Virus record (IMG/VR): IMGVR_UViG_3300046779_001090
Location: 1-35,159 of that record
Strand: one strand, 5' to 3'
DNA from: a virus
Taxonomy: Duplodnaviria; Caudoviricetes
Length of the DNA: 35,159 nt
Part shown: positions 34,564 to 35,159 of the stretch, in pieces
How positions within the stretch are numbered: the stretch's first letter is position 1
How the letters are laid out: every line of letters begins with the position of its first letter
Notes under the pieces: generated by a model
The model's database searches: none
The model's input: the letters and a program-made list of their open reading frames with translations, nothing else
Told to the model about the DNA's origin: nothing
Program-made: the position numbers and the translations under genes

Positions 34564-34670
34564 TGGATAAGTATCTCAAAACGATAGGAGCCGGATGGTT
34601 GTATATCGTGCTCGTGTCTATCGGCGTAATGGCCGACCAAACTAATAAAACTATTCGCAAGAATTACTAA
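34563..34670 (+). CDS. tiny membrane peptide (35 aa)
   Basis: MDKYLKTIGAGWLYIVLVSIGVMADQTNKTIRKNY; TAGTG coupling. Confidence 0.5.
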   Translation: MDKYLKTIGAGWLYIVLVSIGVMADQTNKTIRKNY

Positions 34671-34685
34671 AGGGAGTAAATAAAA

Positions 34686-35126
34686 ATGGTGATCAACTCA
34701 ACTAACACAACCGCCACGGATGAAGAGACTTATTACCGTGTAAAGTTTGCTAACGTCTCGCATGAGGTATATCAGTGGGCGACCAGTGCCAAAGCTGCCG
34801 CGTGGGATGCACTCGATGAGCTACTCGATAGCGGTTACCCTGAGCCACTGGGAGCGGCCGCTATTCGGCCGGCAGTATATAAAGAGTGGAATCATTCGAC
34901 ATGGAGATATCAAAACGGGGGCAACTTTATACACGACCTAACCCCGTGCGATAGTTGTCAAACACTTATGGACACGGAGACCCACCGTGAGGAACTAGGC
35001 CTATGCCTAAAATGCTCCGATGACTATTTCAACCACACTTGCGACAAGTGCGGAGCCGATGAAGTCCACAACCTAATCGCACCATTTACACGACTTTGCG
35101 ACAAGTGTCAAGAGCTACCCGAATAA
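34686..35126 (+). CDS. hypothetical early protein with C-terminal Zn ribbons
   Basis: Four CxxC pairs; AAGGGAG RBS. Confidence 0.7.
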   Translation: MVINSTNTTATDEETYYRVKFANVSHEVYQWATSAKAAAWDALDELLDSGYPEPLGAAAIRPAVYKEWNHSTWRYQNGGNFIHDLTPCDSCQTLMDTETHREELGLCLKCSDDYFNHTCDKCGADEVHNLIAPFTRLCDKCQELPE

Positions 35127-35159
35127 CCTAACTAACCGCTCCACCGCTAACCCCTGAGC

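Noticed and set aside
34562-34570. Isolated DnaA-box-like AGTGGATAA
   Set aside because: A single mismatched copy that coincides with a stop/start junction; likely chance.

Overview
The window looks like a complete or near-complete ~35 kb siphovirus-type (HK97-fold) phage genome. The host is probably an actinobacterium, judging by a WhiB gene, an NrdH gene, actinobacterial-type LexA boxes and several leaderless genes. Gene order: terS-terL-portal, a collagen fibre cassette, prohead protease and major capsid; a glycosyltransferase/cytidylyltransferase cassette; neck and tail genes with a -1 frameshifting chaperone, tape measure and three paralogous tail-tip proteins; lysis genes; whiB on the minus strand; a recombination/DNA-metabolism module (YqaJ exonuclease, SSAP, HNH, Mom-like DNA modifier, SSB, RusA, NrdH, metallophosphoesterase, HNH); and a compositionally distinct block of unknown early genes. 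I recognised no DNA polymerase, primase, helicase, initiator, integrase or repressor. Two non-coding elements stand out. (1) A ~320 nt ORF-free, highly base-paired and probably pseudoknotted RNA sits behind a near-consensus sigma70/SigA promoter in the middle of the replication module (26359-26680). (2) An oriC-like locus (32001-32262) has 11 phased AT-rich repeats, two LexA boxes and four co-oriented DnaA boxes. All calls are by-eye motif recognition; no searches or folding programs were run.
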